From: Hypanus sabinus
Taxonomy: Eukaryota
Direction: 5' to 3'
Length of the DNA: 64,000 bases
NCBI RefSeq assembly: GCF_030144855.1
Contig: NC_082734.1
Span: forward strand, 12,400,001-12,464,000
The notes below the pieces were generated by a model. It was not told where the DNA came from. It saw nothing but the letters and a program-made list of their open reading frames with translations, and did no database searches. The position numbers and the translations under genes are program-made. The stretch's first letter is position 1; each line of letters opens with the position of its first letter. Positions 50,776 to 62,351 of the stretch are shown piece after piece.

Positions 50776-51455
50776 CTGAGGAGAGAACAGTTCATTGCAA
50801 CAATTCCTGCTCCAGTCAGTCCTCTCAAAAGTCTTGCACCTTTCAAAGGCTTTACCCTCACACTTTGCTACATTCTGGAGGATTCCGACCAGTTCCGCCA
50901 CACAGAGCTATATCCTCGCCCCAAGTGTATATTGCATTCCAAGGCAAGCATATCCCATTGGATATCCTCCGGCGTGGTCTCTGGGAGCACATCGCTACGT
51001 GTTTACTGGACAATCAATAGTGTGCGGCCCAAAGTACTTCCCAATCACGTCACGTAGCCCCCTCACAGAACTAAGCGGGCCACCGCGAAATACTTGATAA
51101 GTCTTCTTCCCAACACTTTCAATCCCTAAAGCTGGCAAGTATATGGAATGAGCTGCCAAAGGTGGAAGCAGCAGTATCGCTACATGGAGAGGCGGGGCTG
51201 AGTGAGATAACGGGTCAAATTTCGGAAAGTGCTCTCCGACTGGCTGATATTTTACCCCCCAAATCCATCTCCCCCACTTCCTGCTTTCCTCCAATCCTTT
51301 TCTCTTCCCATTCCATCCCACTCTCGCCTCTAACTCCCTCGTTTTTCCTTCCTGGTCTCAAGCCTCTTTCCCTGTTTACATCTTCACCTCGTCCTTGTTG
51401 CCTCTTCCTTCGCCCCACAACCCCAGTATAGTTTTACTCTCCACCCATTTTCGAC

Positions 51456-51545
51456 CTGGTGGTCCGTGTCCGGGAGGGTCTTTAGCGCCACCATGAAATC
51501 GTGGCTGATTTTGCCAGCGCTGCAGATTCCCCAGCGAGTAGCCAT
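51456..51545 (-). CDS. DHDH: DHDH (dimeric dihydrodiol dehydrogenase, Gfo/Idh/MocA family) exon 1
   Basis: MATRWGICSAGKISHDFMVALKTLPDTDHQ|GT; NAD(P)-binding start typical of DHDH; TATA-like AATAAAAG about 50 nt upstream of the ATG. Confidence 0.92.
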
Positions 51546-51890
51546 GTGCTCTGATCGATGCAAGCTCCCGGCGCCTCTGCGTGCTCGGCTGGCTTTTATT
51601 GAGGAGGGTTCTGCCTTTGCTGTCAGTGAATTAATGTTTAAACTCTGGCTCTAGATTCTACCTATCAGTGACCTAGAGTCACGGGTACCGCCTTCGGAAT
51701 GACGGAGCATCCGGGTCACACTAAATTTAGTAGCTAAATACATATGTGTCACCATATACAATCGCAAGTTGGTTTTCTTGCAATAAAACCGAGGAACGCA
51801 ATAGAATCAATACAAGTTTGCACCCCGGACAGATAAACAACCAGTGTGTAAAAGGCAACGAACTCTGTAAATGCAAAAGAAAAATATTTC

Positions 51891-52690
51891 AGTAATATTG
51901 TATCTTAGATTAAGCTTTTTGTTTAAAATTTATGCCGTTATATGTAAAATTGCGTTTAGCATACGTCATGACAACGACATAGGCGCGTGCCTCGCTTACA
52001 TTATAAACAAAGTTAAAAGAAGAAAAATGTCTGTTAATAATTTTTATTTTATAGTAAGTCTTTAATCCTTGCCTAAAGTTTGTCAATGAATGGTTTATTG
52101 TAAACATATTTAATTTGAATAGGAACGGAGAGTCAACGCATAATTTATTGTAAGTAACTTAACTTTATTTTGTAATGTTCCTGAATAAAGTATTTTTGTA
52201 AAAAAACACGAAACACAACAATGGCGACGAAGTAATGTTGAAGGAACCCGAGATGGCGTTGAAGCTCCGCGAGATCATGGAGCTTTGAAAACAGTGCAGT
52301 GAGTTAAAACCCAACAGCGGCTGTTCTTCGGAAAGGAAGAGACTGTCGAGTTAAAAAGGGCAGGAAACAGCTGGGTTCGCGAGTTCTTAAACAGTAAATA
52401 CGAGATGATAATAATCCTATTTTTTTTAAAAAGCAGAAATGGCTGGCTACAGTTGCACAACAGATAACTGGATTTTGTGTACGGAACAGATCGAGCAATG
52501 TTTTAAAGCAAATGGAACCGCCAATGAGAAATAAGTTTCAATTTTGCTGAGTGCTTTGGGTCATTGAGAGCAGTCGGAGTTTGACTGCTCCAACCAAAAC
52601 ATTCAAAATGAGTTTTACTGATAGCGTGGAAGTAATGCAGGAACCTTTAGAACCTAAACCATTGTTGATTGCAAAATGTTGAAGGTTTCG
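51891..52690 (+). mobile_element. Second Gypsy 5' fragment: LTR, PBS and decayed gag start
   Basis: AT-rich LTR ending CACAACA at ~52220, PBS TGGCGACGA 52222-52230, degraded gag DNWILCTEQIEQCFKANG..LLSALG..LEPKPLLIA. Confidence 0.65.
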
Positions 52691-53954
52691 ATTCAGTTCA
52701 AGTTTAATTGTCATTCAACGGTGCATGAATACAGCCAAACGAAACAGCGTTACTTCAGGGCCAAGAGCAAAGCACAGTATCAACAGTCATACACAGCAGA
52801 AAGCACACATAGCACATAAAAGATAGCAAGCACAGGTGAAATAACAATAAAAAAAACCGAAAGCTCGTGCCATCGATCCACAGTCAACCACAATAGTCCT
52901 TCAGCTTGGACACCACCCCCGGGCACTATCGCCCCAGGCAACACTGTGGCTTGAGGGCCAATCTTCGCACATACTAGACCACAAGCCCATGTAGAACATA
53001 AGTAAAAATACAAGCCACATAAAATATACTTGTATATAGTTAAAACCACGCCCCCTCCATCTACTGAAAACTTTAGTTGACCACAACACTCCCAGTGGAA
53101 CACCCCAACCCCTTAGGTGACACCACAGCTTGAGACCCAGTCCTCGCACGTACAAGATAAGTAACCCACATAGAATATCAATGAAAATACAACCACACAA
53201 AATATGCATGTATATAGCCCAGAACCATTAGACAACAAAAGAGCTTCTCTTCAGCCAAACAAATACTTTGGGGGCAGCCCAGATGCTGTGACATGCCTTT
53301 CAGATTACCCCAACACCTCCGCATTCCTAGAAAAGTTCAAAATAAACTTATTGTCAAAGTACGTGCATGTCACCATATACTGTCCTGCGATTCATTTCCT
53401 TGCAGGCATTCACAGTAGAACAAAGAAATACATTAGAATCAATGAAAAACTACACACAAAGAAAATCTGCAAAAAAAAGACAAACTACACAAATCCAAAA
53501 CATAAGCACAAATAACAATAAATAAATAAATAAATAAATAATACTGAGGGCACAAGTTGTGCTGTCCTTAAGTTGAGTCCATAAGTTGAGGAATCAGTTC
53601 AGAGTTGTGGTGAGTGAGGTTATCTCTGCTGGTTCAGGAGCCTGATGTCTGAAGGGTGATAATTGTATTGAACCTGGTGGTGTGGGACTTAAGGCTCCTC
53701 ACCTCCTTCCGGAAGGCAGCAGCGAGAAGAGAGCATGGCCTGGATAGTGGGTATCCTTCACCGAAATACCACCTTCCCCATCTCATGTTCTATTTTGTCG
53801 CACTCTTTAATATCCCAACAAGAATATTCCCAATTTTCCAATTCTTCCCTGTGACCACCAGGTCCAATCTCAACCTTCCCACACAGTTCACCATCCTGTT
53901 TTGTGGAACCCGGTTCACTCCTAATTCCTGATACTCCTATTCAGTGTGCTCCAC

Positions 53955-56900
53955 CCTCAACTATATCCTTTAATAGGCTGCACAATTCCCCACTCTCCCT
54001 ATTCCCATCAATAAGCCAGTACTCAATCACCGCACTCTCTCTTCTCTAATATTCAAGCCCTGCTCCATCACATTCATAGTCATAGAAAAGTACAGCACAG
54101 AAGCAGGCCATTTAGCCCACCTAGGCCATGTGAAACCATTTAAATTACAGGCTCCAATCGACCTGCACCCCTCCCATCCATGTACCTATCAAAGCATCTC
54201 TTAAATGTTGAAATCGAGCTTGCTCAGTCAGCTCGTTCCACACTGTCACGACAAGAAGTTTCCCTTCCCATTCCCCTGGAACTTTTCACCTTTCAACCTT
54301 AACCCAAGACCTCTAGTTGCAGTCGCACCCAATCTAAGCGGGAAAAGCCTGCTTGCATTTACCCTATCTCTACCCCTGATAATTTTGTATACCTCTATCA
54401 AATCTCCTCTCAATCTTCTACATTACAAGGAATAAAGTCCTATCCTATTCATTCTTCCCTCATAACTCAGATTCTCCAGTCCAGCAACATCCTTGTAAAT
54501 CTTCTTTGCACTCTTTCAACTGTCGTTACATCTGTCCTGTAGGCAGATGACTAAATTTGCACACAATACTTCAAAATAGGCATTAATTTAAGAACACACG
54601 CAAAATGCTGGAGGAACTCAGCAGATCAGGCAGAATCTGTGGAAATGAATAAACAGTCTAGGTGCTCATCAGGAATGAGAGGGAATGGGAAGTAGCCAGA
54701 ATGAGAAGGTGAAGTAAGAAGGTGGAAACGGTAAAGGGCTGAAGAGGAAGGAATCTGATCGTAGAGGAGAGTGGACCAGGGCAGAAAGGGAAGGAGGAGG
54801 GGAGGGGCATCAGAGAGAGGTGATAGGCTGGTTTGGGGAGGTGAAGAGGAGCCAGAATGGGGAATGAGGAAAATTGCCAGGTTTAGTGTTCATGCCATCT
54901 GGTTGGAAGCTACCCAGACAGAATATGAGGCATTGCTTCTATAACCCGAGAGTAATAGTAGAGGAGTCCATGGGCCGACGTGTTGGGATGGAATGGGGAC
55001 CAGAATTAAAATGGTTGGCCACTAGGAAATCCAGCTTTTTGTGGATGGACGAATGTACTCGACAAAGTGGTCCCCCAGTCTAGGTTGGGTTTCACCGATG
55101 CAAAGTAGCACCACGTACAAGAGATGACCCCAACAGATTCAGATTCACAGATGAAGTGTTGCCTCACCGTGGAAGGACTGTAGTAGTGTAACACTTCTTT
55201 TACCCAATGTGAGGTTCCATCCCACCACAAGCCGTGGCCTCAATGGGAGACCTAGTCTTAGAACTTTCTAAATCTACCCTTCAAAGGGAGCCGTTAATTC
55301 CACTTAAAGAATGCATGACTTCCTCATGGGCTTTCCAATATACACTCAGTGGCCACTTCATTAGGTACCTCCCATACCACAGTGGCCACTTTATTAGCCC
55401 ACCCACTTGAAGGTTTGATGTGTTATGTACTCAGAGATGTTCTTCTGCACACCACTATTGTAATGCGTGGTTATTTGAGTTACTATCGCCTTCCTAACTA
55501 GTCTGGTCATTCTCCTCTGACCTCTCTCATCAGTTCTTGCCCACAGAACTGCTGCTCACTGGGTTTTTTTTTGCACATTTCATGCCATTCTCTGTAAACT
55601 CTAGAGACTGTTCTGTGTGAAAAACCCGGGGGATCAGCAATTTCTGAGATACTCAAACCAACAATTATTTCATGGTCAAGGTAATTTGGATCACATTTTG
55701 TCCCCATTCTGCTGTTTGGTCTGAAAACTAACTGGACCACTTGACCATGTCTGCATGTTCTGATGCACTGAGTTGCTGCCACATGATTGGCTGATTAGAG
55801 ATTCGCATTAAGGAACAGGTGTACCTAATAAAGTGCCTGCTGAGTGTAGATACCAAACCTATCCTAGACTGTGATACTATAAATCAAGTCCACCATCTCT
55901 CTGATGACTGATTTGCTGTTATCTTCACCTTTCACAGGCTCAATCTTGTGGTCTGAACTGTCCATATACAACCCTCATACACAAAGAGAAAAATGTGCAG
56001 ACACCAACAGCATCCTTGTGACCATAACATGAAATCACAAGACTGAATTCTTTTCCCCACAAATTAACAGGTCTGTAGAACAGACTGTGCAAGAGTAGTT
56101 CAAGGTGCAAAAATTAACATGATTAAATGAGAACAACACAGATACTGTGATTGAATATTAAAAAGACTAATGATCATTAGCTGGTAAGATAAAGTTGTCA
56201 ATGGACTGGAATGTACCTCAGGGTCCAGGGGTCAGTCTGGTTAGAAACCAGGAGATGAAGCAGAATGTTGTCCTGGATTTCTAGTGTCTGCAGAATCTTG
56301 TGAGTTATAGATTTATTCATTCTTTCAACCCATCCATGCTGGCTTACATCAGGTCATGCGGTCAACGCCAGGGGAGTTTCAAGTTTTTAAAGGAACTGAA
56401 ACGTGGATCAAAGGGACCCTTTCCTGAAATTGTGTTCAAATCTCCAAGGAGTCTTGTTGAATGGGAACAATTCCTTCCCAAAGGCGAAGTCCTAGAAGCT
56501 GACATTGAAGCAAAATATGTAGGGAATACATGTCCACAATTCATTGAAGGTGGTGGAACAAGAAGAAAGGGTTGCAAAAAAAGTTTTTGACACATCGGCC
56601 TTCCTGAATCACAGTACTAAATGTGGGTAATGGAATGTTATGTTGAGTTGTGTAAGACATCGGCGAGGCAAGATTTGGAGATTTTGTGCAGATTTAGTCA
56701 CCTACCTACAGGAAAGATGTAAAGACAGTTCAAAGAGTGCAGAGAAAATTTACAAGGATGTTGCTGGACTGGAGAATCTGAATTATAAGGAAAGGTTGAA
56801 TAGGTTAGGATTTTATTCCTTGTAACGTAGATGATTGAAAGGAGATTTGATGGAGGTATACCAAATTATGAGGGGTAGAGATAGGGTAAATGCAGGCTTT

Positions 56901-57288
56901 TCCCGCTTAGATTGGGTGGGACTACAACTAGAGGTCATGGGTTAAGGGTGAAAGGTGAAAAGTTCCAGGGGAATGGGAAGAGAAACTTCTTGTCGTGAGA
57001 GTGTGGAACCAGCTGCCTGAGCAAGCTCGATTTCAGCGTTTAAGAGATGTTTTGATAGGTACATGGGTGGGAGGGGTGCAGGTCAATGGGAGTCTGTAAT
57101 TCAAATGGTTTCACATGGACTAGATGGGACAAATGGCCTGTTTCTGTGCTGTACTTTTCTATGACTATGAATGTGATGGAGCAGGGCTTGAATATTAGAG
57201 AAGAGAGAGTGCGGTGATTGAGTACTGGCTTATTGATGAGAGTAGGGAGAGTGGGGATTGTGCAGCCTATTAAAGGATATAGTTGAGG
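53955..57288. repeat. Inverted duplication, ~625-bp arms (53955-54581 / 56667-57288): CR1 3' end plus non-CR1 flank
   Basis: Arms are colinear reverse complements; the outer ~145 bp differ at about 3 positions. Confidence 0.88.
55343..55846. mobile_element. Tc1/mariner-type non-autonomous element
   Basis: TA-flanked TIRs CACTCAGTGGCCACTTCATTAGGTAC / GTACCTAATAAAGTG..CTGAGTG. Confidence 0.78.
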
Positions 57289-59048
57289 TTGGGTCATTGA
57301 ACAGAACAAGAATAGGCCTTTTAGCCAAAAGACTTTGTCCATACTAATCACCTCTGCTGACACAGCATTTCTATAGGCACTACAGCATAGCGACTGCCGT
57401 AACATTCTATGGCGCCAGCGAACCCGGGTTCAGTTCCCACCCCTGTCTGTAAGAGGTTTCTGCGTGACCACGTGGGTTTCCTCCGGGTGCTCCAGTTTCC
57501 TCCCACAGTCCAAAGACAGTCAGGTTAGTGAGATGTTGGCACAGGGAAGCATGGCTGGAATCTTGAATGGCGACGGCGCGCCGGCTCGCTCTTCTGTATT
57601 GGTTGTTGACGCGAACGACGCATTTCACTGTACATGTTTCGATGCATATGTGACAAATAAAGCTTATCTTTTTTAAAACCTTTTATCTTTAAATCCTTCC
57701 ATTGCTGTTCATGTGACAATCTAAACACCCCTTCAAAGTTGCTGTCGTGTCTGTTTCTATTACCGCTCTGGTAGTAACTTACAGGCACCTATCACTCTCT
57801 GTGCAATAAGAACTTACCTTGTAAACCTGCTTCAAACTTCGCCTCTCCCACCTCAAAGCTCTAGTATTTGACATCTCCACCCCGGGAAAAAGGCTATGAC
57901 TATCTTCCCTCTTTCTGGTTTCCTGGTTCCTTAAGGTTGTGGTAAAGGGGACAAACTCCCACTGCCTATTAAACGCTCAAAATAAAGTGCACCTCAAATA
58001 GCCTCCGGCAACCAAGCCCAGCTCCCGAAATTCACGCGTGGCTTAGCTATCAAGCCCAGCTGTACTGTTTCTACTGACAGGAGAAGGGGCAAAGGCGCTT
58101 CGGGCAGACGGGGCTCATCAGCCGCGGTTGGCAGCTCACCTCGGATAAGGAAAACTCTGACCTCAAACCTCCGCTGCCTTGCGGCTGTACCCACTCCTGG
58201 GGAAGGCTTTGGGAGTAAACCCCGAGGGAAAAATTCAGGAGTCCCTACGTTGACTGACAGCTCCCGAGACGCTGCCGGTTCCAAGCCGTCTCGGTCCCTG
58301 CCTTTCCCGTGGATTCATCACTCGCGTGGGTAGGGGAACCCTGCTACACGCTCTCCGCATCGCATGTCTTGACGTACACGCGACAAATAACTAATCTTTA
58401 GTTCTCTTTGCATGTTTTTGGACGGCACAGATGCTTGTGCTGAGGTGAGTTTGATCATGGATGTTGCAAACAGGAAGACTTCAAAGTTCTCCGTTGTATG
58501 GGACAACGGAGAACCTGCCTGAAGGGGTCATCGCGTCCAGCACCATCTTTGGGAAGCAAGGGACTGTCGACATTTTTGGGTTGAACCCCTACATCGCGGC
58601 TCAGAGTGGGGAGGTGAGATGTCGAGCAGAGAGAAGGAAAGTGGTGAGACAGGAATTCGAAGTGACTGATGGACCGAGAAGGGGTGTGAGGTGTCAGGCT
58701 GGTGGCTACAGGTAGATAGATGGAGGGGGTTTGTGGGGTGGGAGGCGCTGGCAGGAAAAGTTGTCCCACCTTGCGTGGGAGCCTGTCCCAAAAACAACTC
58801 AAACCCTGTTCATCATCTACGGGAGCCAAGGATCTGATACAAGCGCCACATTTACCTCTAAAGGACAGACACATGAGGGCAGCCCCGTTTCACATTATCT
58901 GGTACAAAGGGGTTTAAGAGATCTGTGACCTTTCATTGTAGTTAACACACTTCCCCTCAGCTGCCCACCACCTCCCCCTCCATCCCTTTCCCCATGGCCC
59001 ACTGTCCTCTCCCATCAATCGCCTTCTTCTTCAGCCGTTTACTACTTC

Positions 59049-59454
59049 TACCTATCAACTGCCAGCTTCTTACTTCACCCCCTCCACCCCCACCTAGTCT
59101 CACCTATCACCTGCCAGCTTCTTACTTCACCCCCTCCACCCCCACCTGGTCTCACCTATCACCTGCCAGCTTCTTACTTCACCCCCATCTGTCTCCCCTA
59201 TCACCTGCCAGCTTCTTACTTCACCCCCTCCACCCCCACCTGGTCTCACCTATCACCTGCCAGCTTCTTACTTCACCCCCACCTGGTCTCACCTATCACC
59301 TGCCAGCTTCTTACTTCACCCCCTCCACCCCCACCTGGTCTCACCTATCACCTGCCAGCTTCTTACTTCACCCCCACCTGGTCTCACCTATCACCTGCCA
59401 GCTTCTTACTTCACCCCCTCCACCCCCACCTGGTCTCACCTATCACCTGCCAGC
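59049..59454 (+). repeat. Minisatellite of alternating 52-bp and ~43-bp units
   Basis: Unit CACCTATCACCTGCCAGCTTCTTACTTCACCCCC[TCCACCCCC]ACCTGGTCT in the order A-A-B-A-B-A-B-A plus a partial unit. Confidence 0.95.
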
Positions 59455-62268
59455 CCGTACTCTCTGCCTTATTCTTGCTTTTTCCCCCTTCCTGATGAGG
59501 GGCTTGGTCCAAAATTTCGGTTGTTGCTACTCCTCCGGAAATGCTGCCTGACCATCTGAGTTCCTCCAGCATTTTGTGAGCGTTGCTCTGGATTTCCAGT
59601 AACTGCAGATTTTTCTTGTGTTTAAGCTCAGCCTTCTACCCAAAATGTGTTTCACTGTATGTGGTTGAAGTGGCAAGCATTGTACCTCACACGAAGCTGC
59701 TCTCCAGCCTCCATACTCTAGGCCAGGGGTTCCCAACTTAATGGTATTGGTCCATGGCATAAAACCCTGATCTAGCGAACCCTGCTTAGGAGATAGCAGG
59801 AACAGGTGCTGTCTACTGTGTCTTGCTTTGATTCCCAAAGATAATTCTGCATCACAAATGTTACCATGCCATATCTCTAAATAAAAAAAATAAACAAATA
59901 CATGATCTTAAACTATAAAAAGAAACCTCGAGGATGCAAGTTTTATATAACTGGTCTTCATTGCTCTTGGGTTAATGTCCTGTCGTTGCCAACTTGACAT
60001 TTTGTCTGTCAATGGAATGGACAAGTTCAAGGTGCAGCCCTACCATTATTCACCTTGGTGAAAGTACTAGGCATTGCACCCTTTCAATATCTTCCCCTTC
60101 CCAAGAGCAAGTGTAAGAAAAAGTAAGAGCAAAGGCAAATGTTAAGAATAAATAATTCAGCAGTTTTGGTGTAGTGATCAGTGTTGTAAGGATTTCATAT
60201 GGTTGCTTGCTTCTGTTGTTTACGAGATCTGTCTCTTTTTTTCTCTTTCTCTGTTCACTGGGGTTGGTATTTTTTAAAAATTGGGTTCTTTCCGGTTTCT
60301 TGTTTTGTGGCTGCCTGTAAGCAGACAAATCTCAAGGTTGTATAATTTATGCATACTTTGATAATAAATGCGTTTTGAACCTTAAACCTTTGAATTTTTA
60401 CCCACCCCAACAGAGCAAACATTAAAAATTGTCCAGAAGATGAAGCAGAAGTTTCTTTAATACAATGTACAGATCTTACGATGAACACTGAAGTCAAATA
60501 TCTATTTCATTCCACTCTTTGCATCATTTTCTCCAGGTTGGTGTTGTGTTCAGTATTAAGGGATATCATGTGGTTGGGAGTGAAACTGACTTCAGCTCCT
60601 TCAGCCTAGAAACAGCCCTATAACATGGGCTGCTCCATAACCTTCCCAGGGTAATTACTTGGCTTTGGACTGGCAGAGGGGGAAAAGAGGCCCCATGCAT
60701 ACCAGGTGTGAAGGACAACCCTTTGGCTGTGAAACAGGAAGCCTTCTGCCCCAATGCTTAGCCATGACAAGGGGTTGTACCCAAGGACATCTGGTCAAAA
60801 TTAGTCAATGGAAAGGTAGGTTTAGCCAAAAGAACAGGGCCTACTCAAAATTCTTTCCTTTAAAGCATTAACATTGTACCCCTATGTCATAACCCCAAAC
60901 ACAATCCCAATTTCTAACCCCAAGGAACAGCAAAGGCCTCATTAAACTGAACTCAAATACCTTTGGAAAATATCCCTGAGAAATTAGTTGGCATTTCCTG
61001 AAATATCAGCTTCATGATCCCTAACATATTCTCAAACTCTCCCAACTATTCACTATCATCCTGATCTCTCATTGGACTGCAAACTTACCAAAAACATTTC
61101 CTCTCAACTCCACCCCCTTGTCTGACTATTAATCACCTTCTATTGCCAGTTAATGTATTATTACCACTCACCGCTCCTATCTGTGTTCTTCTTCTCTAGC
61201 CCCTTACCCCTTCCACCTATCAACTCCCAGATTCTCATTTCATCCCCTCTCCCCCACCCACCACCTTCCCCCTCACCTGACTTCACCTAACACCCCTCAG
61301 TCTGCACTCTTTCGCTCCTCCCACCACCTTATTCTGGCTTCTTCCCCTTTCATTTCCAGTCCTGATAAAGGATCACAGCCTGAAACATCGACTGTTTATT
61401 TCCCTTCGTGGACGCTGCCCGACCTGCTGAGTTCTTCCAGCGTTGTGTGTGTGTTGCTCTGGATTTCCAGCACCTGCAGAGTACTTTGTTGTTATTGCTA
61501 TAGTCCGCTCTGTTACAGAACCCAACCAGGTGTCTGCACCTCCTGCTCGCCATCTTATAGAAAGCATTCCTCAAAGTCAGCTCTCCAACCCGTTCAGCCT
61601 TCTCCAGCAACGGAGGTACACTGGTGTCAATGGCTAAAGCTTTTTGAACCTGCAAGCAGCAGGCGGACCACTCACAGGCTCCCCCTCAAACTGTACATCA
61701 ATCACCCTGTAATACCCCGTCATTGTCACTGTCAAACAGCACTCTCTTCCCTTTAAAAACACGACTAGCAGCACTTTCCCTCCACCCTCACTAAGGCAAC
61801 AACTGAAGAGAGGAAACACGAAGGCATCTTGAACTGACTATTTGCTTCATTCAGAGTAACAGCCGTACAGCGCAGAAACAGACCCTCCGGCCCACCTCGT
61901 TCATGCTGGCCAAGACGCCCGTTTGAGATAGTCAAACTTAGACCATAGACCAGTGCAGCGCAAGTTCAGGCCATTCGGCCCACAATGTTGTGCTGACCCA
62001 GCTAAAAAGCAAATCAAAAACACCCAAACACTAATCCCTGCTCCCTACACAATGTCCATATCCCTCCATCTCCCTCCCATCCATGTGTCTATCCAAACGT
62101 CTCTTAAAAGCCTCTAATGTATTTGCCTCCACCATCATACCAGGCTTCCACCACTCTCTGAGCAAAAAAAAACTTACCCCTCACAGCCCCTTTGAACCTA
62201 CCCTCTTCTCATCTTCAATGCATGCCCTCTGGTATATGGGCCTGTGTTTGACCCATACCTCTCTAAAC

Positions 62269-62351
62269 CAGGGGTTCCCAACCTTTTTTCTAATTCCATA
62301 GACCAATACCATTAAGCAAGGGGTCCATGGACCCCAGGTTGGGAACCCCTG
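62269..62351. mobile_element. 83-bp hAT-type MITE (related copies at ~48844-48921, ~30044-30106, ~59724-59769)
   Basis: TIR CAGGGGTTCCCAACC / GGTTGGGAACCCCTG; perfect 8-bp TSD CTCTAAAC. Confidence 0.88.

Noticed and set aside
50800-51120. Unique CpG-retaining block in DHDH intron 1
   Set aside because: I found no repeat, fold or coding signal; it is plausibly the edge of the promoter CpG region.
59049-59454. CRISPR-like array or 185-aa repeat protein (ORF 58994-59551)
   Set aside because: The units are contiguous with no unique spacers and there are no cas genes; the ORF is a by-product of the tandem repeat.
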